Of a stretch of DNA of 64,000 nucleotides, positions 20,722-30,685 are shown piece after piece. How positions within the stretch are numbered: the first letter of the stretch is position 1; each line of letters begins with the position of its first letter. Origin of the DNA: an uncultured Rikenellaceae bacterium (GTDB lineage: Bacteria; Bacteroidota; Bacteroidia; Bacteroidales; VadinHA17). Below the pieces are notes generated by a model. It was given only the letters and a program-made list of their open reading frames with translations. It did no database searches and was not told where the DNA came from. A program made the position numbers and the translations under genes. Location of the stretch: NCBI GenBank assembly GCA_964435015.1, contig CAYSXP010000001.1:344-64343 (forward strand). Direction: 5' to 3'.

Positions 20722-23700
20722 TTATCGAACAACCGCCGGTTCAGTTGCGGCAGCGTATTCTTTCACCTGAAAGGCGAAAGCCTGGAGCCTGGTGTCGAGC
20801 GAAACAGTATACTGCCCGTCGTATGCAATGTTGATAAAGGGAATATTGTTAAAGTCTTTTCTGAATGAATCGCTGACGGAGGAAACAAGTGTACCCGGCA
20901 TGCAGGTGAACGGGAGGATTGCCGCAAAGCCTGATACACCCCTGCCTGCGAGAGCCACCGATGATCCGATTGCTATGGGAGGATCGCCATCATAAAACTC
21001 ACTGACATAAAGGTTGCTTAGCCGCAACATATCGTGAAGCGACACATCCTTGCGGTGATCAGTGAATTTTTTGATGCCATTCAGAAGATAGCTCACGATA
21101 ATTTCCTGTCCTGTTGCCTGAATCCTTGATCTGGCAATTCCGCCGCGGTCATTCTTCCATTTGCTGTCGCGGGTGTAGCGATGGGTTGAATAAGTTATCC
21201 ATTCCGAGAACGGACCGATAACGACTTCAAGGCCCAGATCCTCGAGCCTGTTGGCTATGTTCCCGTTGCAGCCTGCATTGTCTCTCATGTAGATCTCGCC
21301 AAGAATGGCAACAACAGGTTTTCTTTTGCTCCTGTCGGCATTCAACGCCATAAAATCTGATGTAATTTCCACAAGCAGGCGTCGGAGGCCTTTAGAGCCT
21401 GATTCTATGCAGCGTTCAATTTTTTTCAGTGATGTTTCATAAAGCTTCTCTGTATCTCCTTTGCTGATCTCATATGGTTTTATTTCACGATAGAGCTTTC
21501 TTAAAAAATCGAAAGCCACGAAACCTTTCCATGCGTTGATCCGGAATTGCTGGCTTTTTTCCCCGGCCAGATCCGCGTATGATGTGTCATTTGAAGGAGT
21601 CATTATAGCTGCCTCACCAAATCCCAGCCTGTCAAAGAGTGTTCTCTGGAAATGATTGTACTGTCCGAAGCGGCAGGGGCCATTGTGATCTGGCATGAAG
21701 AAGCTCATTTTGGACGGATCTGCACCCGGCTCGAAAAGTTTTTTCAGGAAGCTGCCCGTGGTGCAGATCATGGGGAAACATTCCCTTGAGGATGTGTATT
21801 TTCTCCCAAGTGCAATGTCTTCATCGGTCTGTTTAGGCAGAACTTCGGAATGAATGCCCGCACTCCGGGCTGCAGCTGCTATGAGGTATGCCCCGTCGTG
21901 CATGTAGGGAAAATACAGGGTCCGGCCTGCCCGGGGCGATGAGGGTCCGGCATGGGGTCTGAAGACTGCGGCCTCATTCCTGTTATTCAGTTCTGATCCC
22001 CTCAGACTGTCGAGGAAGGCCTCAATCCGGGTAACAATTCCGGCATCGGCTGAATGTTCATCCACTTCAATGTGAAGGAAAGGTTTGGTTTTAAGCTCCT
22101 CACTCACATAATGCCATATGAATGAATCGGGCCCGCACCTGAAATTACTGATATAAACAGCATGGAGGTTATCAGTTTTTGCCACAAGCTGGGCAGCAGC
22201 AATTATTTTCTGGCCATTCGGCCAGTACATATTCCGGTAATTATCGAAGATATTGTATGGTGCCAGGTCGAGCATATCAACAGGAACAGGCATCACGTTC
22301 CGGGCGAGGAGCTTTTCCACCAGGCCCAGGTTCAGGTGCGGGTCAGTGCTGTTGTAGGGCCTTCCAATAAGCACTACGGGCCTGCAGTTTCCGGGGATCT
22401 TCTTCAGGATGTTTTGTCCGTACCTTACCAGGTTCTTCTCAAATTCCACCTGTACAGCATCAGCTTTGTAAACAGCTTCTTTTATGGATTTTTTCCCGAT
22501 ACCGAATTTTTTGTTGAAATACGACGACATCTCCTTTACCAGCGCCCGTTCGAAAAACCGGAAATGAAGCGTGGGGATCAGTAGTTTCGAGTCATCAATT
22601 TTATCCCTGAGTGCGGCCCTGACCATGAATGGATATGACTGGATCCATGGACAGTTGCAGTTAAAGGTTTTGTTGCCTTCGCGAAATCTGGCGTTCACAA
22701 TAAATGGCAGAAATACATAGTCAACCCCTTTGTCCATGAGATCAATAACATGTCCGTGAATCAGCTCAACCGGCAGGCATGTTTCAGTGGTTATAGTCTC
22801 AAGTGAACGGCTTACAAGCGCTTTATCCGATTCCCTTGAAAGGACCACAGTGAATCCAAGTTGTTCAAAGAAAGTCCGCCAGAAAGGGAACTGCTGGTAG
22901 AAGACCATGAGTGCGCGAGGGATACCAATGATTGTTCTGCCGGGTCTTTCTTCTTTTTCGCTGAAACCATTCATCAGCATTTCGAGCCTTTTATGGAAAA
23001 GATTGGGTAAGTCGTTCGCGATCTTCTTCCGCCCGTCGGTTTCATATTTTTCACATCGCCCTCCATAGAAAAGCGGTTTCTTTTCCCCTTCGATCCTCAC
23101 CCTGCGTATCTCACAATGATTTGCACAGCTTTGACATACAAATCTGCTTATCTCATATCCGGCATTTCTTATTCCGAAACCCCTGAATGATGACTTCTGA
23201 CCTTCCTTCATCGATTTCCGGGCAAGAATTGCAGCACCTATGGCGCCTGTAACGTCGAAATGAGGAGGGATTGTTATCTTTTTGCCTGTGACCTGTTCAA
23301 AGGCGGCGACAACAGCCTTGTTATTTGCGACACCTCCCTGGAAGAAGATCCTGTTGCCTATCTTTTTGTCGGCAACTACTTTCTGCAGGTAATTATACAC
23401 TATTGAATAAGCCAGGCCTCCCACCAGGTTGTCGTTTCTTGCTCCCCTTTGCATGAAAGTGTTAAGATCCGATTCCATAAAAACGGTGCATCTGTCGCCA
23501 AGCTTGACCGGGCATTCCGAACCCAGTGCAAGGCACCCGAATTCATTGACAATATTAATATTCAGTTTTTCGGCCTGTTCCTCAAGAAAAGAACCTGTAC
23601 CTGCCGCGCACACCTTGTTCATTTCAAAATCAACTACGACCCCGTTTTCAATGCTGATATACTTTGAGTCCTGGCCGCCAATCTCAAATATTGTATCGAC

Positions 23701-24966
23701 TGTGGGATCGTAATCAATTGCAGCAGCGGCCTGGGCTGTAATTTCATTCTGGATTGTGTCGGCTCCGATAAAATCACCGGTCAGGTAGCGGCCCGATCCG
23801 GTGGTTCCGGCTCCTATTACCTCAACATCTTCACCCGCTTCATCATATATCTCCTTCATCCCGGTCTGGATGGCCTCAAGGGGCTTGCCTGCCGTGGGCA
23901 GGTATCTTCTTGCCAACACCCTGTTTGCCATATCGATAAGCACCACATTTGTGCTGAGGGAGCCAACATCTATTCCAAGGTAAGCCCTTGTCTTTTCTCC
24001 GGGGTTCTTTTGCCAGCTGACGCTTGTATTATAAACAACCTTTGATTCGATCAGGGGGGGGAGGCTGCTGAAAAGAGAAGAATCAGAGGCAAGATATTCC
24101 TCAAGTTTTTCAAGCCCCCGGAAATCATTCATCCCAGGGTTGCTTGTCAGGGCATGGATTACAGCACCAATGGCGCCCATCGATGCATGATATTCCGGTA
24201 TTATCAGTTCGTCTTCCTTCAGGTTAAGTATTTCCCTGAATGCTCTTACCATTCCTGTATTTGCCGCCACGCCACCGGCAAACAGTACCGGTCTTCTGAA
24301 TTCCCTGCTTCTGGCAACGTTGCTCCGGAAATTCCTGGCAAGTGCGAAACACAAACCCGCGACAATGTCGTGCAGGGGAGTGGCAATCTGCTGGTGATGG
24401 ATCATGTCGCTTTTGGCGAAGACGCTGCATCTGCCTGCAATCCTTGGCGGGTCAGCCGATTTTAGGGCCATTTCACCAAACTCCTTTTCAATGGGTACTC
24501 CGATGCGCCTTGCCTGCTGATCGAGGAAAGATCCTGTTCCGGCGGCGCAGATACTGTTCATCTCGAAGTCGACCAGCCTGGAATGACCGTTGGATGGATC
24601 CCTTTCCAGCAGAATGAGCTTTGAATCTTCTCCTCCGATCTCAATAATTGTTTGTGTATCAGGGTATAGCCGGCCCGCAGACGCGGCCTGGGCAATTATC
24701 TCATTAACAAAGATACCTCCTATCAGTCCGGAAGCCAGCTTGCCGCCCGTTCCCGTAAGCGCCGCCCCTGCAATTTCTCCGGCTTTATGTTCCGTTAAAA
24801 TATGGGATAATCTCTCCCTGAGAACCGAGAAAGGCTTACCGTGAACGTAATCGTAGTAGTTCTCAACGACACTGCAGCTTTCATCGATAACAACGGTATT
24901 GAGTGAAACAGATCCTATATCAAGCCCCAGATACAACCTTCCGTTCCGGGAAAACCGCTGGTTCAT
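20722..24966 (-). CDS. Large fusion: two BcrAD/BadFG-type (2-hydroxyacyl-CoA dehydratase activator-like) ATPase domains plus dehydratase-component-like domains
   Basis: 1414 aa. There are two actin-fold ATPase modules (LGLDIGSVSLNTVVID...; LGIDVGSLSTNVVLID...), each with CAAGTGSFL, followed by a long Cys-containing C-terminal region. Confidence 0.8.
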   Translation of the reverse strand: MNQRFSRNGRLYLGLDIGSVSLNTVVIDESCSVVENYYDYVHGKPFSVLRERLSHILTEHKAGEIAGAALTGTGGKLASGLIGGIFVNEIIAQAASAGRLYPDTQTIIEIGGEDSKLILLERDPSNGHSRLVDFEMNSICAAGTGSFLDQQARRIGVPIEKEFGEMALKSADPPRIAGRCSVFAKSDMIHHQQIATPLHDIVAGLCFALARNFRSNVARSREFRRPVLFAGGVAANTGMVRAFREILNLKEDELIIPEYHASMGAIGAVIHALTSNPGMNDFRGLEKLEEYLASDSSLFSSLPPLIESKVVYNTSVSWQKNPGEKTRAYLGIDVGSLSTNVVLIDMANRVLARRYLPTAGKPLEAIQTGMKEIYDEAGEDVEVIGAGTTGSGRYLTGDFIGADTIQNEITAQAAAAIDYDPTVDTIFEIGGQDSKYISIENGVVVDFEMNKVCAAGTGSFLEEQAEKLNINIVNEFGCLALGSECPVKLGDRCTVFMESDLNTFMQRGARNDNLVGGLAYSIVYNYLQKVVADKKIGNRIFFQGGVANNKAVVAAFEQVTGKKITIPPHFDVTGAIGAAILARKSMKEGQKSSFRGFGIRNAGYEISRFVCQSCANHCEIRRVRIEGEKKPLFYGGRCEKYETDGRKKIANDLPNLFHKRLEMLMNGFSEKEERPGRTIIGIPRALMVFYQQFPFWRTFFEQLGFTVVLSRESDKALVSRSLETITTETCLPVELIHGHVIDLMDKGVDYVFLPFIVNARFREGNKTFNCNCPWIQSYPFMVRAALRDKIDDSKLLIPTLHFRFFERALVKEMSSYFNKKFGIGKKSIKEAVYKADAVQVEFEKNLVRYGQNILKKIPGNCRPVVLIGRPYNSTDPHLNLGLVEKLLARNVMPVPVDMLDLAPYNIFDNYRNMYWPNGQKIIAAAQLVAKTDNLHAVYISNFRCGPDSFIWHYVSEELKTKPFLHIEVDEHSADAGIVTRIEAFLDSLRGSELNNRNEAAVFRPHAGPSSPRAGRTLYFPYMHDGAYLIAAAARSAGIHSEVLPKQTDEDIALGRKYTSSRECFPMICTTGSFLKKLFEPGADPSKMSFFMPDHNGPCRFGQYNHFQRTLFDRLGFGEAAIMTPSNDTSYADLAGEKSQQFRINAWKGFVAFDFLRKLYREIKPYEISKGDTEKLYETSLKKIERCIESGSKGLRRLLVEITSDFMALNADRSKRKPVVAILGEIYMRDNAGCNGNIANRLEDLGLEVVIGPFSEWITYSTHRYTRDSKWKNDRGGIARSRIQATGQEIIVSYLLNGIKKFTDHRKDVSLHDMLRLSNLYVSEFYDGDPPIAIGSSVALAGRGVSGFAAILPFTCMPGTLVSSVSDSFRKDFNNIPFINIAYDGQYTVSLDTRLQAFAFQVKEYAAATEPAVVR

Positions 24967-25208
24967 TGCCTGAAATATGATGTTAGTAATGAATGAATCC
25001 CGTCAGGTACTTCAGCCGTCTTACTAAAGTAACAATTTTTATTCAATATCCATTCATACGGTAATGTTTTTAACCTGCCGGCATGCCCGGCAAAGGGTAT
25101 CTGGTCTGATATCCTGACTCCTGAACTTCAATGCCGTCAGCCATTCCGGACTGTCCGGGGCTGAACCGGACGAATCTCTGTTGAATTATCAGGTAAAGGA
25201 AAACCAGC

Positions 25209-26117
25209 CTATACCCACTCCTCACTTATAACATCTCCGGCCAGGCTCACGACAATCTGCTTTACAGGCACCTTTCGCGAGGCCTTCGACATGGCCGCCC
25301 TGGTCATCTGCAGCAGGCCCCCGCAGCAGGGCACTTCCATTCTGAGTACGGTTATTGTATTGATTTTAGCCAGTTCTGCCATCGCGGCCAGCTTTTCCAC
25401 ATAGATATCAAGGCCCTGATCGAGCTTGGGGCATGCAATTGCGAGTGATTTTCCCCTCAGATACCTGCTGTGAAAATTACCCATTGAAAAAGCTGCACAG
25501 TCTGCTGCAAGGAGCAGATCGGATCCTCTGAGATAAGGGGCATTGGGGTTAAGGAGATGCATCTGGACGGGCCATTGCCTGAGCTCCGATGGCTGATCCT
25601 TCAGTGCGGCCATTTCATTGCTTTCATGAGATCTTTCCAGTATCATGGATCGCGATCCCGGACAACCCCCTCCTGATGCATTATGATTGTGCCTTTGACT
25701 GTCAGCCGTATCTGATAATGCTTTTTTGCCATGATTACCGATCTCATCCATGATTTCGGCAAGGCTGAAATCAAGATCAGCCTGATTGTCTTTCAGATAA
25801 TTGTATGCTTCATTGAAGAAACCTTCCTCGCCATGATCTTTCAGATGTTTAAGATGGGCAACAATTGTGTTCTTTCCCCTGGCGGTCATCTGCTCAATAA
25901 CCTTTATTTCATTGTAAGGCTCAGCTTCCCTGGTCTCAATGGTAATTGCTCCCTCCGGACAGTAACCAATACAGGCACCAAGCCCGTCGCACATCAGTTC
26001 ACTTACCAGCCTTGCCTTGCCGTCGATTATCTGAATGGCCCCCTCATGACAGTTAGGGACGCACAAACCGCAGCCATTGCACTTTTCTTCGTCAATATTT
26101 ATAATGTCTCTTTTCAT
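25209..26117 (-). CDS. 4Fe-4S dicluster domain protein with a Cys-rich C-terminal domain
   Basis: From MKRDIINIDEEKCNGCGLCVPNCHEGAI...CDGLGACIGYCPEGAI (2x[4Fe-4S]). The C-terminal part has ACPKLDQG and VPCCGG. ATG 26117 is chosen; the upstream extension to 26186 enters repeat copy B. Confidence 0.75.
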   Translation of the reverse strand: MKRDIINIDEEKCNGCGLCVPNCHEGAIQIIDGKARLVSELMCDGLGACIGYCPEGAITIETREAEPYNEIKVIEQMTARGKNTIVAHLKHLKDHGEEGFFNEAYNYLKDNQADLDFSLAEIMDEIGNHGKKALSDTADSQRHNHNASGGGCPGSRSMILERSHESNEMAALKDQPSELRQWPVQMHLLNPNAPYLRGSDLLLAADCAAFSMGNFHSRYLRGKSLAIACPKLDQGLDIYVEKLAAMAELAKINTITVLRMEVPCCGGLLQMTRAAMSKASRKVPVKQIVVSLAGDVISEEWV

Positions 26118-26147
26118 ACGTAAATGATTTGTTTTTTTATAAAGCCG

Positions 26148-26241
26148 GATGCCTGTCTGACCCCCCCCGGGCAGGCAACCACACATGATTGAACGCGATA
26201 ATTATTCGTGTTTGTGTTTCTGGTCAATCATGCGGATTCAT
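26148..26241 (-). repeat. Hairpin repeat module, copy B (upstream of the 4Fe-4S protein gene)
   Basis: The reverse complement reads ATGAATCCGCATGATTGA-[CCAGAAACACAAACACGAATAATTATCGCGT]-TCAATCATGTGTGG...GGGGTCAGACAGGCATC. It is almost identical to copy A and has the same orientation relative to its downstream gene. Confidence 0.8.
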
Positions 26242-26352
26242 ATTTTCTGTTTTTCCGCTGCAAATCTGGAGAAAATAATGTCAGCAATTGCAAAATATGC
26301 TACATATCGTATATTATACCCGGTTGTTCAGGAGGGTTCCCGGCTGTATTTT

Positions 26353-28416
26353 TCATTGCTCCTGTTCAGGAATGGTGACCGTAAAACAGGTGCCTTCATC
26401 TTCCTTGCTTTCCACTGACAAAGTACCTTTATTCAGCTTAACAAGCTCCTGGCACAGCTTGAGGCCAAGGCCAGTTCCCTTTTCGTTTTCAGTGCCCGGG
26501 GTGCTGACAATCTCAGTTGCAGTGAAAAGATATTTCTGTTTCATCGGAGGGATCCCCACTCCGTTGTCGCAAACTTTAAGCACCGTGCCTTCTCCCGAGA
26601 TGGTCCTGTCTTTTAAAAGGATGCTGATTCTTCCCCCCCTTGGTGTGTATTTTAGGGCATTTGACAGAAGGTTTCTGATTATGATATCGAGCAGATCCTT
26701 GTCAAAAAATGCCTTTGAATTTCCAATCTGGGTAAAGTTCATGGAGATCGCCTTGCTGTCGGCTGCTTCCTTGAAAATGCTCAGATTGGTAAGAATAAGA
26801 TCGGCAAGATCGTAGCGTCCGGGCGAATATTTTATCTTATCCTCCTGTCCTTTACCCCATACAAGCATGTTCTCAAGAAGATTTATGACCTGCTGGGCGT
26901 ACTGTATGCTTAAGTTTGCAAATTCATCATATTTCTCCCTGAATTCATCTTCCTTGAGCAGGTTAAGCATATACAGTATGCTCACAACAGGGCTGCGAAG
27001 GTCGTGTGCAATAACGGAAAAGACCTTGTTTTTAAGCTGGATCGTGTCAGCCATTTGTTGGTTCTGCAGAGCAATTTTCAGGTTTTGCTTTTCGATCTCT
27101 TCTTTCCGGCTGTTTATCTCCTGTGTTCTTTCCTCCACCAGAATCCCGAGATTCCTGTTCATGTACCGGAGTTCACTTTGCAGCATTTCTATTTCGGAAA
27201 AGGCTTTAACCCATTTGTAAAGAATCAGAACAGCCTGGGTGAAAACAAATACAACGAGTATTGATGTCAGTATATAGTCCTGGAATCCTGCTGGTTTACC
27301 CAGTGATACGATCACATCGTGAATAACTCCGTATGAAAGCAGGATAAAAGCTGCAAAATAAACATAGTCTGTAGGATTCTTCCTTACAATGCCGGTCACA
27401 TTCTGTACCATTGTATAAACAATAATTACTGCAAGAGACGGGTAATAAAGGAATGTGCTGTAACTGAATATCTTAACAGGAAGAATCAGGGTAAGGACCG
27501 ATATTACCGGCAACAATATCGTAACTATCCATGCCAGTTTCCTGAAAAATTTTGATGGATAAAGATTTACGGTGAACCAGTACCAGGCTGTTATGACAGA
27601 ATAAAACAGAAGATATTCAGACCTTATGATCCATTCCCATTCAGGTCTTACGAACGAAAGAATCAGGAAGTTGGAGGTGAACAGCGGTCTCAGTGCCAGT
27701 CCTAACACAGCCAGGCTGAAGAACTCTATAAGCCTGTCTCTCGGATAGATAATGAAAAAGCACAGAAAGAACAGGGAAAATCCGGCCAGCAGGCTGACAA
27801 TGGCCCAGTCTTTGGCAATGGAGGATGAATAGCGTTTCCAGGCATATTCCTGTCTGCCCATTTCAACCGGCAGCCAGAATCCGCCCCGGTGGTGGCTGAA
27901 ATTCGCAACATTAATTATAATTTCAAGTGAGTCTGATTCAGTGTCGAAGCGGAAAAAGTTTTTTTCATACCATGGGCTGGTATCTTTTTCAGTCTTCCCG
28001 GGTTTGCCGTTTCCGCCAAGGAATTTTCCGTTTATATAAAGATCGTATGATGAATCAAAGACCGGCATATTGAATCCCAGTGGATGCCTGAATCCCTGGG
28101 GAAGGATAACCGTCAGCCTGTAAGTGGCGTATCCCATCGGCCCCGGCTTTATTTTGTCAGTATGGTAACTGGTCCAGTAGGATGGTACTTTCCCGAACAG
28201 GTCCGGCTCTGCTGTTTCAGAATGAAAATCATCGGGGCGAAGCTGCTTCTCCCAGTAAAACTCCCATTCTCCGTTCAGTTTGGTGATGAAAGCATCATTA
28301 ATTGCAGTGTGCCGGAGGTCCATAACACCCCTGACAGCAACCGGTGATCGTTCGAACGAATGGCATCCAGTCAGGGAAAAAAGGACGACAGAGAGAATTA
28401 AACCGGTTTTTTTCAT
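26353..28416 (-). CDS. Sensor histidine kinase with a 7TMR-DISM-type extracytoplasmic domain and 7 TM helices
   Basis: Lipoprotein-like signal (LFSLTGC), a periplasmic domain, multiple TM helices and a coiled coil. H-box SVIAHDLRSPV, N box LSNALKYTP, G boxes DNGVGI and GTGLGL. No response regulator lies adjacent. Confidence 0.85.
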   Translation of the reverse strand: MKKTGLILSVVLFSLTGCHSFERSPVAVRGVMDLRHTAINDAFITKLNGEWEFYWEKQLRPDDFHSETAEPDLFGKVPSYWTSYHTDKIKPGPMGYATYRLTVILPQGFRHPLGFNMPVFDSSYDLYINGKFLGGNGKPGKTEKDTSPWYEKNFFRFDTESDSLEIIINVANFSHHRGGFWLPVEMGRQEYAWKRYSSSIAKDWAIVSLLAGFSLFFLCFFIIYPRDRLIEFFSLAVLGLALRPLFTSNFLILSFVRPEWEWIIRSEYLLFYSVITAWYWFTVNLYPSKFFRKLAWIVTILLPVISVLTLILPVKIFSYSTFLYYPSLAVIIVYTMVQNVTGIVRKNPTDYVYFAAFILLSYGVIHDVIVSLGKPAGFQDYILTSILVVFVFTQAVLILYKWVKAFSEIEMLQSELRYMNRNLGILVEERTQEINSRKEEIEKQNLKIALQNQQMADTIQLKNKVFSVIAHDLRSPVVSILYMLNLLKEDEFREKYDEFANLSIQYAQQVINLLENMLVWGKGQEDKIKYSPGRYDLADLILTNLSIFKEAADSKAISMNFTQIGNSKAFFDKDLLDIIIRNLLSNALKYTPRGGRISILLKDRTISGEGTVLKVCDNGVGIPPMKQKYLFTATEIVSTPGTENEKGTGLGLKLCQELVKLNKGTLSVESKEDEGTCFTVTIPEQEQ

Positions 28417-28456
28417 TTATGCTGTTTACGAATATGAATTAAAGGCGGTTCCGGCT

Positions 28457-30565
28457 TTATTCCAGGCCCCTGTTTTTCAGGAGGGCGTCTATTCCCGGCT
28501 CTTTTCCCCTGAAAGCCATATACATGTCGAGGGGGTCGCGGGTGCCGCCCCTGGATAGTATTTCCTTCTCAAATCTCGATGCCACATCCCTGTTGAAGAT
28601 GTCACCTGTTTCCCTGAAAGCGAGAAAAGCATCGGCGTCAAGCATTTCGCTCCAGTAGTAGCTGTAGTATCCTGCAGCGTATCCCGAACTCCAGATATGA
28701 TTGAAATAGGTCGATCTGTATCTTGGTTTGATCTCATCCGGCAATCCGTATTTATCCATGGCTTTTTTTTCGAACTGCCTGATATCGATATCGGCTGGCT
28801 CGGTAATTGTGTGGTACTCCATGTCGAGAAGAGCAGCAGCAAGAAACTCGACTGTTGTAAATCCCGTGTTGAATTTGCCTGCCCTGTCGAGTTTTTCCAC
28901 AATTTCTGCAGGAATAACCTCGCCGGTCAGGTAATGCTTTGCATATACCTGCAGCACTTCGGGTTCGAGGACCCAGTGCTCCATAATCTGGGAAGGAAGC
29001 TCTACAAAATCGCGCGGTACGGAAGTGCCCGATACACCCGGATAGGTGGAATTCGAAAGAAGCTGGTGCAGTGCATGTCCGAATTCATGGAACAGTGTAC
29101 TCGCTTCATCGGCAGTGAGCAGTGAAGGTTTGTCAGCCCCGGGTGGTGTTGAGTTGGTGACCATTGTGACAACAGGTGTTATCATTTTACCGTTTATGTC
29201 ACGACTCTGCCCTCTCATGGCCCCGCACCAGGCTCCTGCTCTTTTGGATTCCCTGGGATAGTTGTCGATCATCAGGATGCCCATGTGCTTTCCGTCCCTG
29301 GTTACTTCATAGGTAACAACATCCGGATGGTATACGGGAATATCGTTGCGGACACTGAATGTAAGATTGTACAGCCTCTCAGCAACATAAAACATACCTT
29401 CAATCACATTGTCTATCCTGAAGTAGGGTCTTGTTATCTCGTCATCAAGGTCGTACTTTTCCTTTTTTATCTTTTCGGCATAGTACCACCAGTCCCAGGG
29501 CGCCAGCTTGAATTGTCCGCCTTCTCTGTTGATGATCTCCTGCATGGCCTTAACTTCAGTCTTTGCCGCGGGTATTGCCGCATTCCAGACCTGACCAAGG
29601 AAATCCATGACCCTTTCCGGTGTTTTAGCCATGCTTTTTTCCAGTGCAAAACCGGCATATGTTCTGTATCCCAGGATCTTTGACCTTTCGAGCCTGAGCC
29701 TTGCTATCCGGGCGATGATTGATTTGTTGTCCCTTTCATTGTCATTATCACCTTTCATGAAGTAGGCTGTAAACAGCTTTTCCCTCAGTTTTCGATTTTC
29801 CGCATACTTCAGAAACGGCTCCATTATCGGGTACTGGATTGTAAAAACCCATTTCCCGTCCATATTCATGTTTTTTGCCAGTGCTGCTGCCTGTTCAACA
29901 ATACCATCAGGCAGGCCTGCAAGATCCTCACGCCTGTCAATAACAAGCCTGAATGCATTTGTCTCCGCAAGGAGATTCTGGCCAAACTGAACAGACAGAA
30001 GTGACAGTTCTTCATTTAACTTCCGCAGTTTTGCCTTGTCGTCCTGCGACAGTGCTGCTCCGCTCCTCACAAATCCCCTGTAGGTATCTTCAAGAACCAT
30101 TCTTTCCTCTTCCGTGAGCCCGAACCTGTCGCGGTTCTCATAAACCGTCCTGACTTTCAGAAAAAGAGTGTCATTGAGATTGATATCATCCCTGTGCCTG
30201 GCTGACAGAGGAGCTATTTCCCTGTTTATTGCCTGCAATGAGTCATTTGTATGAGCCGAGTTAAGTGATCCGAAAATCCTGCTCACCCTGGTCAGCAGCT
30301 CTCCGCTGTATTCAAGTGCTTTTATCGTATTCCCGAAATCCGGCTCCACCGGATCGTCAATTATTCTTCTTACGGCCAGTTTCTGTTCCTCAAATCCTTT
30401 TAAAAAAGCAGGCATAAAGTGCCGGGCTTTTATCAGATCGAAAGGCGGCACTTCAAACGGAGTATTAAATTCATTTAACAGGGGATTGTCAGATTTCTCC
30501 GTTTTTTTGCACGATGCAGATATCATAATCATAATTCCAATTAGTAATAAGGCTTTTTTCATCAT
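28457..30565 (-). CDS. dcp: M3 family peptidyl-dipeptidase
   Basis: 702 aa with a lipoprotein-type signal (ISASC), the zinc motif HEFGHALH, and length and sequence typical of Dcp/oligopeptidase A. Confidence 0.88.
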   Translation of the reverse strand: MMKKALLLIGIMIMISASCKKTEKSDNPLLNEFNTPFEVPPFDLIKARHFMPAFLKGFEEQKLAVRRIIDDPVEPDFGNTIKALEYSGELLTRVSRIFGSLNSAHTNDSLQAINREIAPLSARHRDDINLNDTLFLKVRTVYENRDRFGLTEEERMVLEDTYRGFVRSGAALSQDDKAKLRKLNEELSLLSVQFGQNLLAETNAFRLVIDRREDLAGLPDGIVEQAAALAKNMNMDGKWVFTIQYPIMEPFLKYAENRKLREKLFTAYFMKGDNDNERDNKSIIARIARLRLERSKILGYRTYAGFALEKSMAKTPERVMDFLGQVWNAAIPAAKTEVKAMQEIINREGGQFKLAPWDWWYYAEKIKKEKYDLDDEITRPYFRIDNVIEGMFYVAERLYNLTFSVRNDIPVYHPDVVTYEVTRDGKHMGILMIDNYPRESKRAGAWCGAMRGQSRDINGKMITPVVTMVTNSTPPGADKPSLLTADEASTLFHEFGHALHQLLSNSTYPGVSGTSVPRDFVELPSQIMEHWVLEPEVLQVYAKHYLTGEVIPAEIVEKLDRAGKFNTGFTTVEFLAAALLDMEYHTITEPADIDIRQFEKKAMDKYGLPDEIKPRYRSTYFNHIWSSGYAAGYYSYYWSEMLDADAFLAFRETGDIFNRDVASRFEKEILSRGGTRDPLDMYMAFRGKEPGIDALLKNRGLE

Positions 30566-30590
30566 AATATAATTTTGATTTTAACGGTAT

Positions 30591-30660
30591 GATGGAACCC
30601 ACATGTTGATAAAATTATATTTATATGTGTTTGTGTTAGTAATAACATGTGGGTTTCATC
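30591..30660 (-). repeat. Hairpin repeat, copy C (immediately upstream of dcp)
   Basis: The reverse complement reads GATGAAACCCACATGTT-[ATTACTAACACAAACACATATAAATATAATTTTATC]-AACATGTGGGTTCCATC, a 17-bp stem with one mismatch. It ends 25 nt from the dcp ATG. Confidence 0.75.
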
Positions 30661-30685
30661 ATTTTATAATTTTTATTTTAATGGT

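Noticed and set aside
24993-25007. ATGAATCCCGTCAGG, resembling the 5' arm of the hairpin repeat family, in the activase / 4Fe-4S intergenic region.
   Set aside because: No convincing partner arm or CAAACA core was found, and the orientation would not face a downstream start codon. It is treated as a chance or decayed match.
26185-26815. ORFs 26185..26418 and 26288..26815 on the + strand.
   Set aside because: The first starts inside repeat copy B. The rest is antisense to the well-supported histidine kinase gene. No motifs are present.
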